Positions 43,741 through 58,628 are shown, counted from the stretch's first letter. The stretch is 64,000 bases of DNA from Paramecium tetraurelia (GCA_000165425.1 CT868119.1:372001-436000); one strand, 5' to 3'. Translations and numbers: made by a program. The notes: generated by a model not told the origin, from the sequence alone.

Positions 43741-45993
43741 TTCTTAAACAATGCAGTTCCAAAGAAGGTTTCGATTCATCCAGTGAAGATGAATACCTTG
43801 ATTAATTCAAAACTAAATTCAGAACCTTAGATTATTATGAAGGACTTAATAAAGAGGAGGAAAAAAAACAATACAATTCCTAAGCTGTCTAATAATAATA
43901 TCGAAACCTCACTCTAAATGTTCCTGAGTTGAAATATAACAATTCAACTATATTCTTAGGATAACCATTTTATAATACACAATAAATACACAGATTAATT
44001 GAAAACAAAGAATATTCAAATGATTTTGAATTTTAGCCTTAAATATTGAGACCTTTTCTTGGTATGTTGAAATAAGGCATATAATTCAATTCCAGCTTTG
44101 AATCTGGTAATTTAGATCGAGTTGACTAGGTAATATTTCCTATTTTTAAAATAGATTTCAAATGAAGAATATAATTTATTCATGAGAATTGACACAAATT
44201 CTATCGGTCATAGTAACTGGTTTTATTTCAAAACTACAAATAACCAATTGAACAAAATTAAATTCAATATCTGCAATTTTACTAAACCATAAAGTCTATA
44301 TACAAAAGGAATGAAACCCTATATATTATCAAAAAAAGGGTCTTAAAAGTATTTTACACAATAAGGAGAATTTATTAGATATCAATAAGTTGGAGAACTT
44401 TATGTTTTATCCTTCATTTATTAATATGAGTATGTGGATGATGAAGTTGAATTTGCCACTCTTCCGCCATATACATACACAGAATTAAGAAGAAAGATTA
44501 AAAAATGGCATAAGAAATCTAAATAATATCTAACTAAACATAAATTAACAACTACATTAACTGGCCTTGTTTTGCCTCTTCTTGTTATAACTGAAAAAAA
44601 CTCAAATAAAAATAAAAAAATCATCATCATAACTGCAAGAATTCATCCTTCAGAAACTTGTAGTTCTTTTATGATGCAAGGAGTGATATAATTCTTGTTA
44701 AGTGAATCCTTCATGGCATCATATTTAAGAAAAAAGTAAACTTTTTTAATTATACTAAAGTATCGTTTTAAAATTATTCCTATGTTAAATCCAGATGGGG
44801 TGATTGTAGGTAATTTTAGAAATGGATTAAGTGGAGTTGATCTCAATAGGTAATTCTTGGAAACTGATTTAACTTTATTACCAGAAGTTAAAGCTTTAAA
44901 GAATTTAATTGAAGACAATTCTCCCTAATTAATAGCCTATTTAGACTTTCATGGACATTTAGTAAGAAAAAATATATTTCTGTATGGACCATCATCAAAT
45001 AGTATAAATTATGATTCTAAAATATTTCCACTGATTCTTCAACAAAGGTTAGAATCTTTTCGATATAAATCTTGTGAATTTGGAATCCCAAAATTTAAGA
45101 TGGGAACAGCAAGAGCATTTGCAAATTGCTTTATAGATACTTTATGTTATACTATAGAAGCATCATTTTGTGGATATTAAAAGGGAAAATCCTTAAAATT
45201 TATTTCAAAAGATTGGATTTAAGCTGGATAATGTATTGGAGAAACCTTATTTTTATATTTTAATTTTAAATAAATCAATTCAAAATAATTAAGTAAAACA
45301 TAATTGATGATTATTAGAATAAAACTAACTGATGAAAACAATAAATGAAATGTCTAGCAAAGTTGAGTAAACTGAAGCAAAACATGAATCAGACGATGAG
45401 AATGACAGTCAATCGGATGCAGAAATATTTGAGGATTATGATAACGATAAGCTAGCATGCTTATAAAGTTAAATGAAGGCCGAATTAAGCCAATAAAATT
45501 TGGTTGTAATTAATAAAGGAGATTCTCAAAGAAAACGTATGAAAGCTTAAACAGTATCCAGAAAAATCAAGATATAACCTATTTTTATAATGAATAAAAG
45601 TAATTAAATTAATTAATTAGAGATCAAAGAAAACCTATAGCATATCCAGAGTTGAATATTTAAAATTGGGAGTTCTCTAATAAAACAAATCAATCTATAG
45701 ATACTAAAACTAGCTTCTAACAAAAGGGAATTAAAAACAAAATACCTTCGACTTTTAGATTTGTATCAAGCAAAAGGGCCACATCTCTTCATGGAACATC
45801 ACCCATCAATTAATTTCCACAGGAAATAAATACAACTCAATAAATATAGCCAACTCCCCCAGTGTAAATTCCATCAAAACTGAATTCCAATAACTTTCCT
45901 ATCTTAGAAAATACTAGTTAAATGTCAACACCTTAATATTTGCCTTTCATTACAAAACTTTTGAAGAGCAAAAGAATAGTCACATAGAGTTGA
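43737..45993 (+). CDS. Cytosolic carboxypeptidase (CCP/Nna1/AGBL, M14D; tubulin deglutamylase-type)
   Basis: [52 protein letters not shown]. Confidence 0.92.
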
Positions 45994-46632
45994 ACAAAGC
46001 TAAATGACTTTTATAAATCTTAAATTATATAATTAACGAAGATTAGATTTTGGAATTAATTAGTAAATATAAAAAATTCTTATTAAAATTTATTTTTATG
46101 GTATACAAAATTCAAAAACAGAAATTATTTAAATAAAACTTGATGCCATTTTGAATTTAAATCAATTCCAATAATCTGAGTATGTTCTCATAAAACTTTT
46201 AACATTAATAAGGAGAAATGTAAATTAAGAATTATATAACTGTATGTGTTCTAAAATTCTAATTGATTTCTGATAAGTGCCCTTCTAGTTCTTCAAAATA
46301 TTAATGGAATATCATAATATATTAATATTTCATCGTTGTTCACATTATATATAATTATTTTGTTTTAGATAAAATATATCATTAAATCTGAAAATATAGG
46401 GAATTAATATAATTTATATTTTGTTGATTATGAGAATTTTAGAATGTTAATTAAAATAATTTGACAAGCGTTGATTAAAACACTTTTTGGTTATAGAGAA
46501 CAAAACTAAATTACTGTCGATAAGGTAATTGATAATATATAATAAATTTAGGATTAACTATGATAGGTAAAGAATCGTTGAATATATTCATTAAGTAATT
46601 AAATATATATATATTTATTAATATCATATAAT

Positions 46633-47348
46633 ATGATTAATGATTTGGATATCAACTTTTGCCCACTTTCTCCTTTAGAATTTCATACAAATTAACAGCA
46701 GATAATTTCTGAATAATTCTTAGAATATGAGAATCGTTCTAAAAAATGTAGAGTTAGTTCCTAATGTTTACTAATAAAAAAGTACTATTTTTAGATCATT
46801 ATAGAAAAATTAGACAAAAGAAATCTAGACCATCTGTCCTTCGAATAGAAGAAGTAGTTAGAAATGTGAAGTTGTACAATACTTGTTCGAGCCAACAGAA
46901 TCTAGAGAATCTGGAAATTATTTAAAATAAACCTCTTGTGAAATCTAGTTGAAAAGATTTAGCTGACTTGATTTATATTAATACATACTTGTAAAAGTTT
47001 GAACTATATAAAGTTTTCATTTTCTCAAATTTCCATATCAAGAAATATAAAAATGGTGGATCAGATTTTTTAACATACCTTAATTATAGTATGTTTAACC
47101 TCCAACTACTTTATGATGGTTTCCCTTCTCGGTAAACATTCAATCCAATGAGTATAAACAAATTAATATTAAATTCATACTCGATAAAACTATTATGTGA
47201 CTCTTGTCAATACATTAAAGATGATCAGGACCTTCAATTTAATGAAGTTTTTTCTTCATTTTTAAGGAGACTTTGAGAATATTTACATAATCAACCCAAT
47301 TAATTTAACGATTCCACAATTGAGATGCATCAAATACTAACCAAATGA
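46633..47348 (+). pseudogene. Degenerate hypothetical gene
   Basis: Coding-like frames (ENLEIIQNKPLVKSS*KDLADLIYINTYL) broken by in-frame TGA at 46950 and near 47275. Confidence 0.4.
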
Positions 47349-47576
47349 AGAAATGATAATTTTGTTTCTGTAATTAATTATATCTTAGACTTAAATTATA
47401 TTATGTGAATTATATGAGATGAATATGTTTTTTAGTTGTGAAACAAATAGGAAGAATAAATTGATAAAGAAATGGCTAAATTATCTAGATTGTGTCTATG
47501 TAAAAGGAGAATTACTGAATTTAGTGAAAGTTTTACTTTTAAAAGCAATTTTTATTATATAACATATTTATATATT

Positions 47577-48682
<1,106 letters not shown>

Positions 48683-48757
48683 TTTAATATAATTATTTGA
48701 ACAGATTATTAAAATAAGATATATATATATCCATAAATAATAATAAAAATCATAACA

Positions 48758-49745
48758 ATGGGTGGAGCTAAAGTTGATTCCAAAGATCCAGTAAGAGGGA
48801 TCATCTCAGGTAACCCCCAATGTCATTCATTTTTATTTTAGGTGGTATAACCGGTGGAATCGAAATTTGTATCACATATCCCACTGAGTATATTAAAACT
48901 ATGATGCAACTCTATAAGGAATACTCATAGAAAGGAGTCAAATATTGCATTGGTGAAACCTATAGGAATTTTGGAATTACAGGATTTTATAGAGGCTTAA
49001 CACCTTTGGTCACATTTTCTATTCCCAAAGTGGCTTGCAGATTTGGTGCCAATGAATGGTTAAAGAACAATGTATTCACAGACAGAAAAAGCAGATTCTA
49101 AACTTTCTGTGCAGGATTAGGAGCTGGTGTGTTTGAAGCACTTGTTGTAGTGACACCCACTGAAACTTTGAAGGTCAGAAAAGTCATTTAGAAATTAGGT
49201 TAAATTGATACATGATAAATTATCAACCACTCCCAAATATAGAGGAATGATTCACGGTATTGGATCAATTGTAAATGAAATGGGATTATCTGGTATTTAT
49301 AAGGGATTGGTTCCAACTATTGTAAAACAAGGTAGTAATTAAGGTATCAGATTCGTTGTGTTTGAGGATACTAAGAAATTCATCTAAGTATTTTGCAAAT
49401 ATAAGTGTTATAGAAAACTTTTACATTTTTACCTGAACCAGTTGTCTTATTATTTTCAGGAGGTATTGCTGGTGCTGCATCTGTGATGTGTAATACTCCA
49501 GTTGATGTCATTAAAACATAAATGCAAGGTCTTAAGGCTCATTAATATAATGGTGTTTTGGATTGCTGTAAATAAACTTATTAACAAGAAGGAGTCAGAG
49601 GATTCTACAAAGGTAAATCATATATTTCTAGGTTTTAGGAACTGTACCTAGATTGGGTAGAGTTGTTTTGGATGTAGCTATTACATTTACACTATATGAT
49701 TATATCGGAAGAGTTCTTAATTTGGTTTGGCCACCAAAACATTGA
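48758..49745 (+). CDS. SLC25A1: Mitochondrial tricarboxylate (citrate) carrier
   Basis: [55 protein letters not shown]; 4 introns. Confidence 0.9.
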
Positions 49746-49820
49746 TAGTTCATATAATTTTATTCAAGATAGTAATATAAATCTATAATAAATAAATAAA
49801 AATACTAATACAATACAAAA

Positions 49821-51457
49821 ATGACATAAAAAACAATTGATCAATATGTGTTTAATACAAAGGATGTGTTAGGATAAGGGTCATTTGGAGTAGTTTTCAA
49901 AGCGACCAACAAAATAACGGGCAGAGAAGTGGCATTGAAAATGATATCAAAGGATAAAATGTTGAAAGATCAAAATGCTATTAATGGAGTAAAGAGTGAA
50001 ATTTGGATTATGCAAAAACTGAACAATAAAAATATTGTATAATTAATTGATGTCTTAGAAACATCAAATAATATTTACATTATTTAAGAGATTTGCGAAT
50101 CTGGAGATTTAGCTAAGTCTTTATTATTATAAATTCCCTTAGATACTTAAAATAACATTAATTTGTGAATGAATAACAGGCATTGAAAATAATGACTGAA
50201 ATTTTACAAGGTTTCATAGAGTTGATAAAATTTGGAATAATCCATAGAGATTTAAAACCAGCCAACATATTAATTCATTAAAACACTTATAAAATTGCTG
50301 GTCTGATATTTAATATATTTTCGTAGATTTTGGATTTGCTAAAATTGTAGATAATTTTGCATAACAATTATTTTATTCATAAGTAGGTACGCCATTGTAC
50401 ATGAGTCCTCAAATCTTAAAGAACGAAAAATATTCCACAAAATGTGATGTTTGGTCATTTGGATTCCTATTCTATGAAATCATTTATGGAAGAAGTACTT
50501 ATCCCATAAAATGATTTATAGCCCCATGGGTTGCATCATCCATACCCTAATTAGTAAAGAATATAAATACACAACCCTTACAATTTTATGATTCTATTAA
50601 TTAAGTCTCTGATAATGTTAAGGATTTAATTTCTAAATGTTTAGCCATCTAAGAGAGTAAATAAGTATGTTTACTATAATAGAAGATCGATATAGTTGGT
50701 ATGATATATTTGCTCATCCTCTCTTTAGTGCTTAATTTTCATAAACCCCAAATCTATAATAAATATGCGAAGTACTATCTCATTTCTATTAAATAATAGC
50801 AAAAGGAACTTTACATTGCTAACCGTTTACGAGAGATATTGGGTGCAAAATAAATTAACAACAATTAGATAATTGAAGAATTATAATAGAATTCAGATGA
50901 CATTATTCTACAAGACAAATTGAAGGAATTATTAATTGACATTGATGCTGATTTGGAAGACTATGCAATTTAATACATATTTAATAGTATTGATGAGGAT
51001 TAAAATGGTTAGATTACATGTTAAGAATTTTGTAATTGGATGATAAAACATGAAGTTATGCATAAATTGAATTATTTTAGATTATTAATGATTTTTAAGT
51101 CAGAAGTACATCAAATACTATCAGCGGTCCATATCAGATCCAATAATAAGAAGTTCAAGATAAGAAAGACACTAAAACTATTATTTATAATTTGATTTCT
51201 GCGATACAATAATAAAATGAAAATCTGGTAGAATTGTTTTACAAATTTGTAAAAGGGTAAGAAAATATGAGCTCAGATGATTTTGCAGATCTTTTACTGT
51301 ACTTATTTATTATTATAATATACTTAGGTACTATGATGATAGTTTATCTGATGATGAAATATTCTCGACCTTTTAAGTGTTTGATCTGGATGAAAAAAAT
51401 GAAATCACACTATAGTAATTCAAATACATTCTTGAATAAGATATAGATGATTATTGA
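49821..51457 (+). CDS. Ser/Thr protein kinase (ULK/Atg1-like features) with C-terminal EF-hands
   Basis: LGQGSFGVV, VALK, HRDLKPANIL, ADFGFAK, GTPLYMSPQIL, KCDVWSFG; EF loops DEDQNGQITCQE and DLDEKNEITLQQ. Confidence 0.9.
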
Positions 51458-51886
51458 TTCATATTAATAATCTAAACTTATTATTATTTAAAAATTTAAC
51501 ATGTAATCAATAAAAATATTCTTATTAAACTAAAATAAGGACTTAAATCATATTTTAAAATACAAATAATCATACTATTTTAACAATAGTTCTATCCTTT
51601 ATTGATAATTAGGATTTGTATTATTTTAATATTAATTTTTATAAAATTTTGAACAGATTTATTAATTATACAAAGTTACAATATTTGTATCTATTTACTT
51701 TTAAAACTCAACAAATTTATTAATAAACTGATATATTTCAACCAAATAATTCATTCATTAATTAATCATTTAACATAGGTAGAATTTTAAATGAGTAAAA
51801 TAAGAATCCTAAACAATGTGCTATTTATTAAATATTGGAATATTAAAATTTAATAAAATATTATATAAAAGATTAATTTTGTTTAA

Positions 51887-53689
51887 TCATTTATTATTAC
51901 TTGAAAGTGGTGATAGTAAATTGATACCCTTTTATGGCACTTTTTAAGGTGTTTTACCAAATGGATTAGCAGATTGAGGTTATTGATTTTATGCAATCAC
52001 CTATTATTATTATTCTTATTATTGTTTTGGTATGGAATGTTATTGTTAAAAGGAGGCCTCTTATGGTTTTGAATAATATGCAGAGTCAGATTTTGGTAAG
52101 GTATTACCTAAGTTTTCTTAGTTATTGAAACAAGGTTGAACAAAGTGTTGAAGTGTCTATGAAAATTATTGTTAAGGGTTGACCTACTTTTAATTGGCTT
52201 TGTCTTAATAGAAAGCTTATTAATATGGGGGTAAAAAACCAGTATGGTGTAGGGGAGTTACTAGTTTTAAGGCTGGTTTATGCATAGAAGTCATTTGAAA
52301 TGATGTTTTTCTAGATTAGTTTTATATCGGACTTCTGCTTATGACCATAATGTTTCTTGAATTTTCAGTAACAGTATTAAGCTTTCTTCCTCTTTCATCC
52401 TTGATTGGTGTTTTTTAACTCTAAATCAATATTGTTTGTTTGGTTGGAGTTTTATTAAACCCACTTAAGGCTGCAGTTGTATTTCTACTTTAAGCTGGAC
52501 TTAGATATTTTCCAGATCTATCCAATACTGGAGATACACTTCTTTATAATGGAGTTCTAAAATATGATTGTATAGATAAGTCTCTTAGAACTGGGGATTT
52601 ACTACTCAATCCCATATCAGGTGGAGGTGAATTAGTTCTTTCAGGCTATCTAGGAGGAGATGTATATCTCCTTATTTTTGATTATGGCAGAAAAGTGCTG
52701 CCTTGTTATTACAAATTAGTATCAAAAAGAATATCAGAAAGGGTTGGTCTTGATTATTCATCAAAGGTAATCAATCTTTAAACAAAATTGATCAATTGTT
52801 AAGAGTATCTCTTTCTTGCTGATGACAATAAATCCATGATAGATTTAAAATATATAGTTTTTCTTTGATAATCTATACACTCCTCCAAGACTCATTATAA
52901 ATGATAATTGAATACTTGATGTCATAGTCATTAATTCCAATAAGGTGAGTCCGAGTTAAAAAGAATCAGTTTTGAAAGGATCATCTTTTGGAGTCACTGA
53001 TTAATTTACTAAGGCATCTAATTATTATGGTGATATGTAAACACTAGCATCTGAATAGGCTAATAATTTAGCATAAGATGTAATTATTTCTGGATATGCA
53101 TTATGGTACTATTTGATTAATAATTTTAAGTACCAATATTTTAACTTATTTGGAATTATCTATAAAAATTGTTTAGGGATTCAAATCTCCATGAAATAAA
53201 TCTAACTTCTGTAAAAATGAACAAGCAGAAACTATTTATAAAATTATCTAAATGATTTCGATATAAATTACTTTCCAAATTTCAGCTTCTTCCAGATAAC
53301 TACAATTCTTCTTATGAAAACTGATCACATTATCTAAAGTATTCGGAATATATTCAAAAAAGAATTTTGTCTATAGAATATTCCCTTTAAATGTTAAATA
53401 ATTGGATTAACATCCGTAATATTACAATATATTTGGATGATTTGCCTTTTTTCTATCGTTGTGCTCATTCACATTTAAGTCATGTCTTTAACCACTATGA
53501 GATTACTTATTGATCTAAAAATACAGATACTTTCGAAAAGATTGACGGTTTACTTTTAGAATCTCTTCTCCATAATTAAATCAATCCTAAATATTTGTGC
53601 TGCTTTGATCCAATGCATTCTAAATGATCTTCTAATTTGCCATCCATTGAAATAACTTATTCATTGACATAAGAGGTTTAATTACCCAT
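51887..53689 (-). CDS. Pseudokinase-like protein with Pro/Gln-rich tail, possible N-myristoylation
   Basis: MGNQTS start; HPNILQYYG, FFEYIP, YISPQQL..KTDSFQLGLTLLELMT; canonical HRD/DFG not found; low-complexity P/Q/T tail. Confidence 0.65.
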
Positions 53690-53920
53690 TTTTTTATTAA
53701 CAAATTTTGCTGTTATATATAAATATTAAAAAAATAATATAGAACCAGTGATATCAATTATATAATTGCTTAAAATATATCATTTTAGGTCTACCAAATA
53801 TTATAAATCTTGAAAAGAAATTGCTTAATAATATATATCTTATTCTAGAAATATAGAGTTAATCTCAAATATAGGAGTCAATTTTTATTTTATAATAATA
53901 ATTGAATTTCTTAATATCAA

Positions 53921-55650
53921 ATGTTGTCCCTTAAAAACGGAAAAACTAATGAAATTTATTAGAAAGGTCTAAAAGTGGAGGTATTAAATAAATTACATAG
54001 TTGATTCGAACTCAGTAAATGTATGAGGCATTCACAATAAATTGTTAAATTGTCTAGAAATCAATAATTTTGAATATCAATTTAACAATTCTGCCCACTA
54101 AGTCAATTACATTTCAAACAAGACACTACAACTTCAATGTTTGTCAATTGTTTAAGAATTTATAAAATTCTAAAATATAAATAATATTTATATAGCGTTT
54201 TCCTTCAGTAAGTATAGATTAGTTACTTTGAGTGATCTGATACAAGAGTAATCCAATGAAGTTGAAGATGATAATTCAAGAGACTTGAACTTGTGAATTT
54301 CATCTACACTTGTGTTGAAATTGATTTCTGATTACTAAATATACTATATTGATAAGATTTCTCAGATTCAATTAAATGAATTACCTATAAAATGAAATAA
54401 GAAGTGATGAAAATATTATGATAGAGAAGTTAAAATATCAAGTGTAAAAAAAGATTAAGAATCACAAGATTAGAATTATTTATAATTTAATCATTTCATT
54501 TTTATAAATATGTAATTACTAATAATATTTCATATATTATTTTAAGGATGAAATCTGATGTTGTTATTACTAAAATAATGGTTACTTAAATCGTTTAATA
54601 ATAATGAGTTAGGTCAGAACATCAATAATTTAAAATCTGACACATTAAATTAGTTTAAAAGCAAAATTATTATTAATTCCGTAAACAATAATTTTAAATT
54701 ATATTTTAAAAAATTTGTTCTTATTAGAATGTAAAAACAAAGATAAATACCACTAACCTACTTGTAGAGTGATGGGGATACATATCCAGTTCCAGAATCT
54801 ATCGAAGCAGATATTGGAAGTTTATTAACATCACCCTAAACAACTATTTAATCGGAGAGAAAGAAATCGTTTTAAAGTCCTTTTAGATTAAAAAGATCTC
54901 ATTAAATTTTAGAATATACAGAATAACTTTATGTCTGGAATTCGTATCTTTCCAGAAAATTCGTTTCATCCTGATTGAATAGTTGTAATGATTTGTGTTC
55001 ACTTTATTATAGTATGACTTTTATTTTCATTATATCATATTTCTAGCAATAAAACACCTTAAATGTTTTGACACTCTCTACATCATCCAATCCAATATAA
55101 GACACTAGTTATGATATCTTATGTCAATAAAACTTGTTAAATTCGTCAAGTTAATTATACTTCGTCTTAATTTTAGATGCTATGTTATATATATATATAA
55201 ATATAATACTATCCAATAAAGTACTAAGTTATTCATCATCTCGATTACAATAATTTCTATACATTATACTTAGAAGCATTTCACAATTTATTTTTGATAT
55301 TGTATAACAAAAAGATTTAAGAGTACGGAAATGCTGATATGATGTTCTCAATTTTAAAGTATGTTATCAGATTTCATTAAGAATAATTGTTCTTTTTAGA
55401 TAAAAAACTTCACTATAACTTATAAATTATTAGATTTAGATATGAACTTTGCTTTAAGCACGAATGTTAGAACTAAACTGTGTTAAAGAGTGAATACTAA
55501 TAAATTAAATTAATTTAGAATATAATATCCACACATTATAAATATTTCTTTAATTTTATTCCTGTTCCAAATTTTGATTTTCAGAACTCTAAAAACATTA
55601 CTGGACCTAGGATTCTCAAAGAAATAAAGTATGTTAGTTATATTAATTTA
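53921..55650 (+). other. Degenerate coding-like region (hypothetical or pseudogene fragments)
   Basis: Short open frames and intron-like GT-AG elements broken by TGAs; no family recognised. Confidence 0.25.
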
Positions 55651-55818
55651 TATAGACTATCTTACGTGAGAATGATTTATATGTTAAATTAATAAAAGTG
55701 ATTCATTAATAATTTATAGTAAATCAAGAATAAATTAAAATATTAATATCTGTTTGTAATTACATATTAAATTATTGTTTTTATAATTAGATTATAAGGT
55801 CAAATAAAATATAAAGCT

Positions 55819-56418
55819 TCAGGTTTAGTAATAATAAATCGGTTAAATTCTAATAGTTTTCACATCTAATTTTAAGGGTTAAGTCTTTTATGGTGATTCT
55901 TTAGAGACAATGGTTTCAGCAGGAATAGTATCTGTTTGAGTCTGTTAATTTTAATATAGAATTTCAACTTATTGGGATTAATTTATTAAGATGAGTTCAT
56001 TTTGTTGTTGTTCAGTCTACATAACAGCCTCTTAATACTCAGGCAATTTAATTGGTTAATCATTTATTTATTATTCTCTAAGAATGGCTTTTAATTTATT
56101 AATTTCATCAATCAACTGGGCATTTTAGGTTTCTTTCTATTTATCTGATTATTGTAATTTATTCAAAAGGGATTAAATTTATAGTTCTTATTTCCCTATT
56201 GTTTAATTATAAGATGAATTTTGTAGTTCAAGTTGATTAATTATTTATTATTGTTTGGCAATAGTCTGTTACAAAATATCAATTTGAGAGTTTTCTTCTT
56301 GAGTTTTTTATATTAACTTTTATTATTCCTGCTTGATTTAGCCTTCATGATAAAAGTAATTGTGATCTCCCTAACATTAATTCTTGGTTATGTATGCTTT
56401 ATGTATATAAACAGACAT
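55819..56418 (-). CDS. Hypothetical Gln-rich coiled-coil protein
   Basis: Open frame MSVYIHKAYITKNQCQGDHNYFYHEG..QQTIAKQQQIINQLELQN..; TGA 55819-55821; an alternative in-frame ATG at 56454 lies inside the neighbouring gene. Confidence 0.6.
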
Positions 56419-56425
56419 TTAATTA

Positions 56426-57166
56426 ATGTTTTATTTATTATTGATATTACCCATATTTGGAATTGATGATGTATAAGTGAGAAGAAGTATAATATGTGGA
56501 TGTAAATACTTGAGTCCATCAGAGTGTATTGAAGTGGAATGGTGTGAATTGGCTTCTCAATTTGACAAATGTCCTATTAATTCTGATTGCATAACTTACC
56601 AAACTGAATAAGAATGTGATGAAGCAGATGCTAGTTTATGTGTTTGGAAAGACAGTTAGTGTTTAAATAAATGTTAAATTTTGGAATATAATACTTGTTA
56701 AAATAAAGAAATAGATTCAAATTGTTCATAATTTAATACTACTTCAAGTTGTGAAGCCTTGTCATGGTGCTAATTTAACATTACTACATCAATTTGTGAA
56801 CAAAAACTGTAAGTTTCTTGCAGTGATATTTTGAATTCCATTTAATGTGAAGAATATGGTTGTCAATGGGATGATGATGATATGATAGGTTGTTAAAATA
56901 ATGATGGAAATTGTAGTATAATTTTGAATAAAGATGATTGCGTGGCATCATATTAAGATAATAGGTAATGCATTTGGATAGAAGATTTATCATCTTGCTA
57001 TTAATCAAAAGATTGTGGTGAATACAAATATGATTAGGATGAACTTGGTCTTTGTGAATCAATATCTAATTGTCATTCAGACGAAAATCAATGTCAGAGT
57101 TGCGTTTAAGATATGTTTACATTTGAATCAATTTTACAATTAATAAGTATATTTTATTTTTTTTGA
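56426..57166 (+). CDS. Cys-rich surface protein (mini-antigen-like), signal peptide + GPI-type tail, 246 aa
   Basis: MFYLLLILPIFG; periodic Cys with CxW motifs (CVW, CQW, CIW); hydrophobic end ILQLISIFYFF; intronless. Confidence 0.85.
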
Positions 57167-57169
57167 TTT

Positions 57170-58628
57170 TCATTGTTATTCCTCACCATCAAAATTTTGA
57201 TCAAATGAGATTATACTATTTCTATGCAAATTAGGAGCATTTTTATCCAAATAATCTGATTGTTCTGTCACAAGAATCTGAATACCATCATATTCCTTTT
57301 ATAATCTATCAATATCCTCTTTTAGAACATTCTTTCTCTAATCCCCATCCTGTCGTCTATATTATTAACATATTTACCTTTAAGGATACCATTTATTCCT
57401 TTTTCTATTTGATTTCCCTTATTAGATGATCAGCCTTTTAATTCAATTCTGGCACTGTAATGATATCCTCACTTTATTTTTTCATTCTCATAAAGTCTGT
57501 GTCTTTGAGCATCTCAAAGTCCAATTTTTGATGCTAATTGAATAGTAATGAATTAATTATATCTCTGAATTAATTAAAGATATTCTAAATTAAAGGATCT
57601 TGTGTAAAATGCAACAATTTATCAGATGTTCCTTATAGAAATTGATTTATTATTTCTTTGATATTAGCATGTTGGCTGATCAATTGAAATTCTTATTCTG
57701 AATTCTTTTTACTGATAATTGATCTCGAAACAGAGGAATAATTATCAACTCTAATTTATTATTATAATTATTACTATAATAAGAGTAATTTAAGCTGATT
57801 ATTTTCTTCCCTTAAATCATCGTTTTATTATGTTAATTGCTCGTATATCTTCTAGAATTTCTTCATTTGTTAATCTTAGATCTCTTATAATTTTGATTAC
57901 GGAATATGCGATTACTATAGGGTTTTCACTTCTTGACTTTTTTCACTTAATTGAGTTTTTAATTGTTTATTTTATTTTTCTAGTTCTAATATTTTTGAGT
58001 CTTGCTTGTTTATCCTTATCTTAAACTCATCTACTTGCATAATTAATTTCATTTAATCTTATTTTACTTTTTCGAATTCACTCTTATTACCAGAAGCCTT
58101 TTCTTCGAACTTAATAGATATAAATAAAAACTTTAATGAGTCTTAGATTTCTATCAGTAACCTAATGGTTATTATCATAGAAAGGTTATGATGAATCTCG
58201 TTTATTTTTTTCTCTTTCTCTTTCTATTCTCTGTAATTGTATATTCGGACTGATATTATTTTTCTATTAAAACCAACTAGAATCTTGAGTGATGGAATTG
58301 TCAAATCTTTTAATGTAATCAACCTATTTGCTAGTATTATTGAAATCCTATTGAATAGATATTTAACTAGATTAATATGTAGGAGGATATTGAATTTATT
58401 ATTATCGACGAAATACTTCAGACATCTCATTTAACTAAATTAGATGATGGAAATTACACTTTAATTGGGATTTCGAAAAGGCTGCTTCATAGCTCTATCT
58501 GGAGTGTGACATATTGGACTTTAATTGAAATATTGTTGAGTGTATGATTGATTTTGATTCACAAACATTCTCTTGGGGGTAGTTTCTTGATTTTTGATTA
58601 TTCCGGGTCTCAAATAATGTTCTGACAT
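57170..58628 (-). CDS. Hypothetical coiled-coil protein
   Basis: Long frame MSEHYLRPGIIKNQETTPKR... ending FDGEEQQ; K/Q/E-rich. Confidence 0.65.

Noticed and set aside
44737..44762. Retained IES (TA...TA, 24 nt) in the CCP gene
   Set aside because: Shorter than the ~26 bp Paramecium IES minimum, and the ends do not match the TAYAG consensus; it looks like an intron
44421..44918. Minus-strand ORF-track ORFs
   Set aside because: Antisense to the carboxypeptidase catalytic domain
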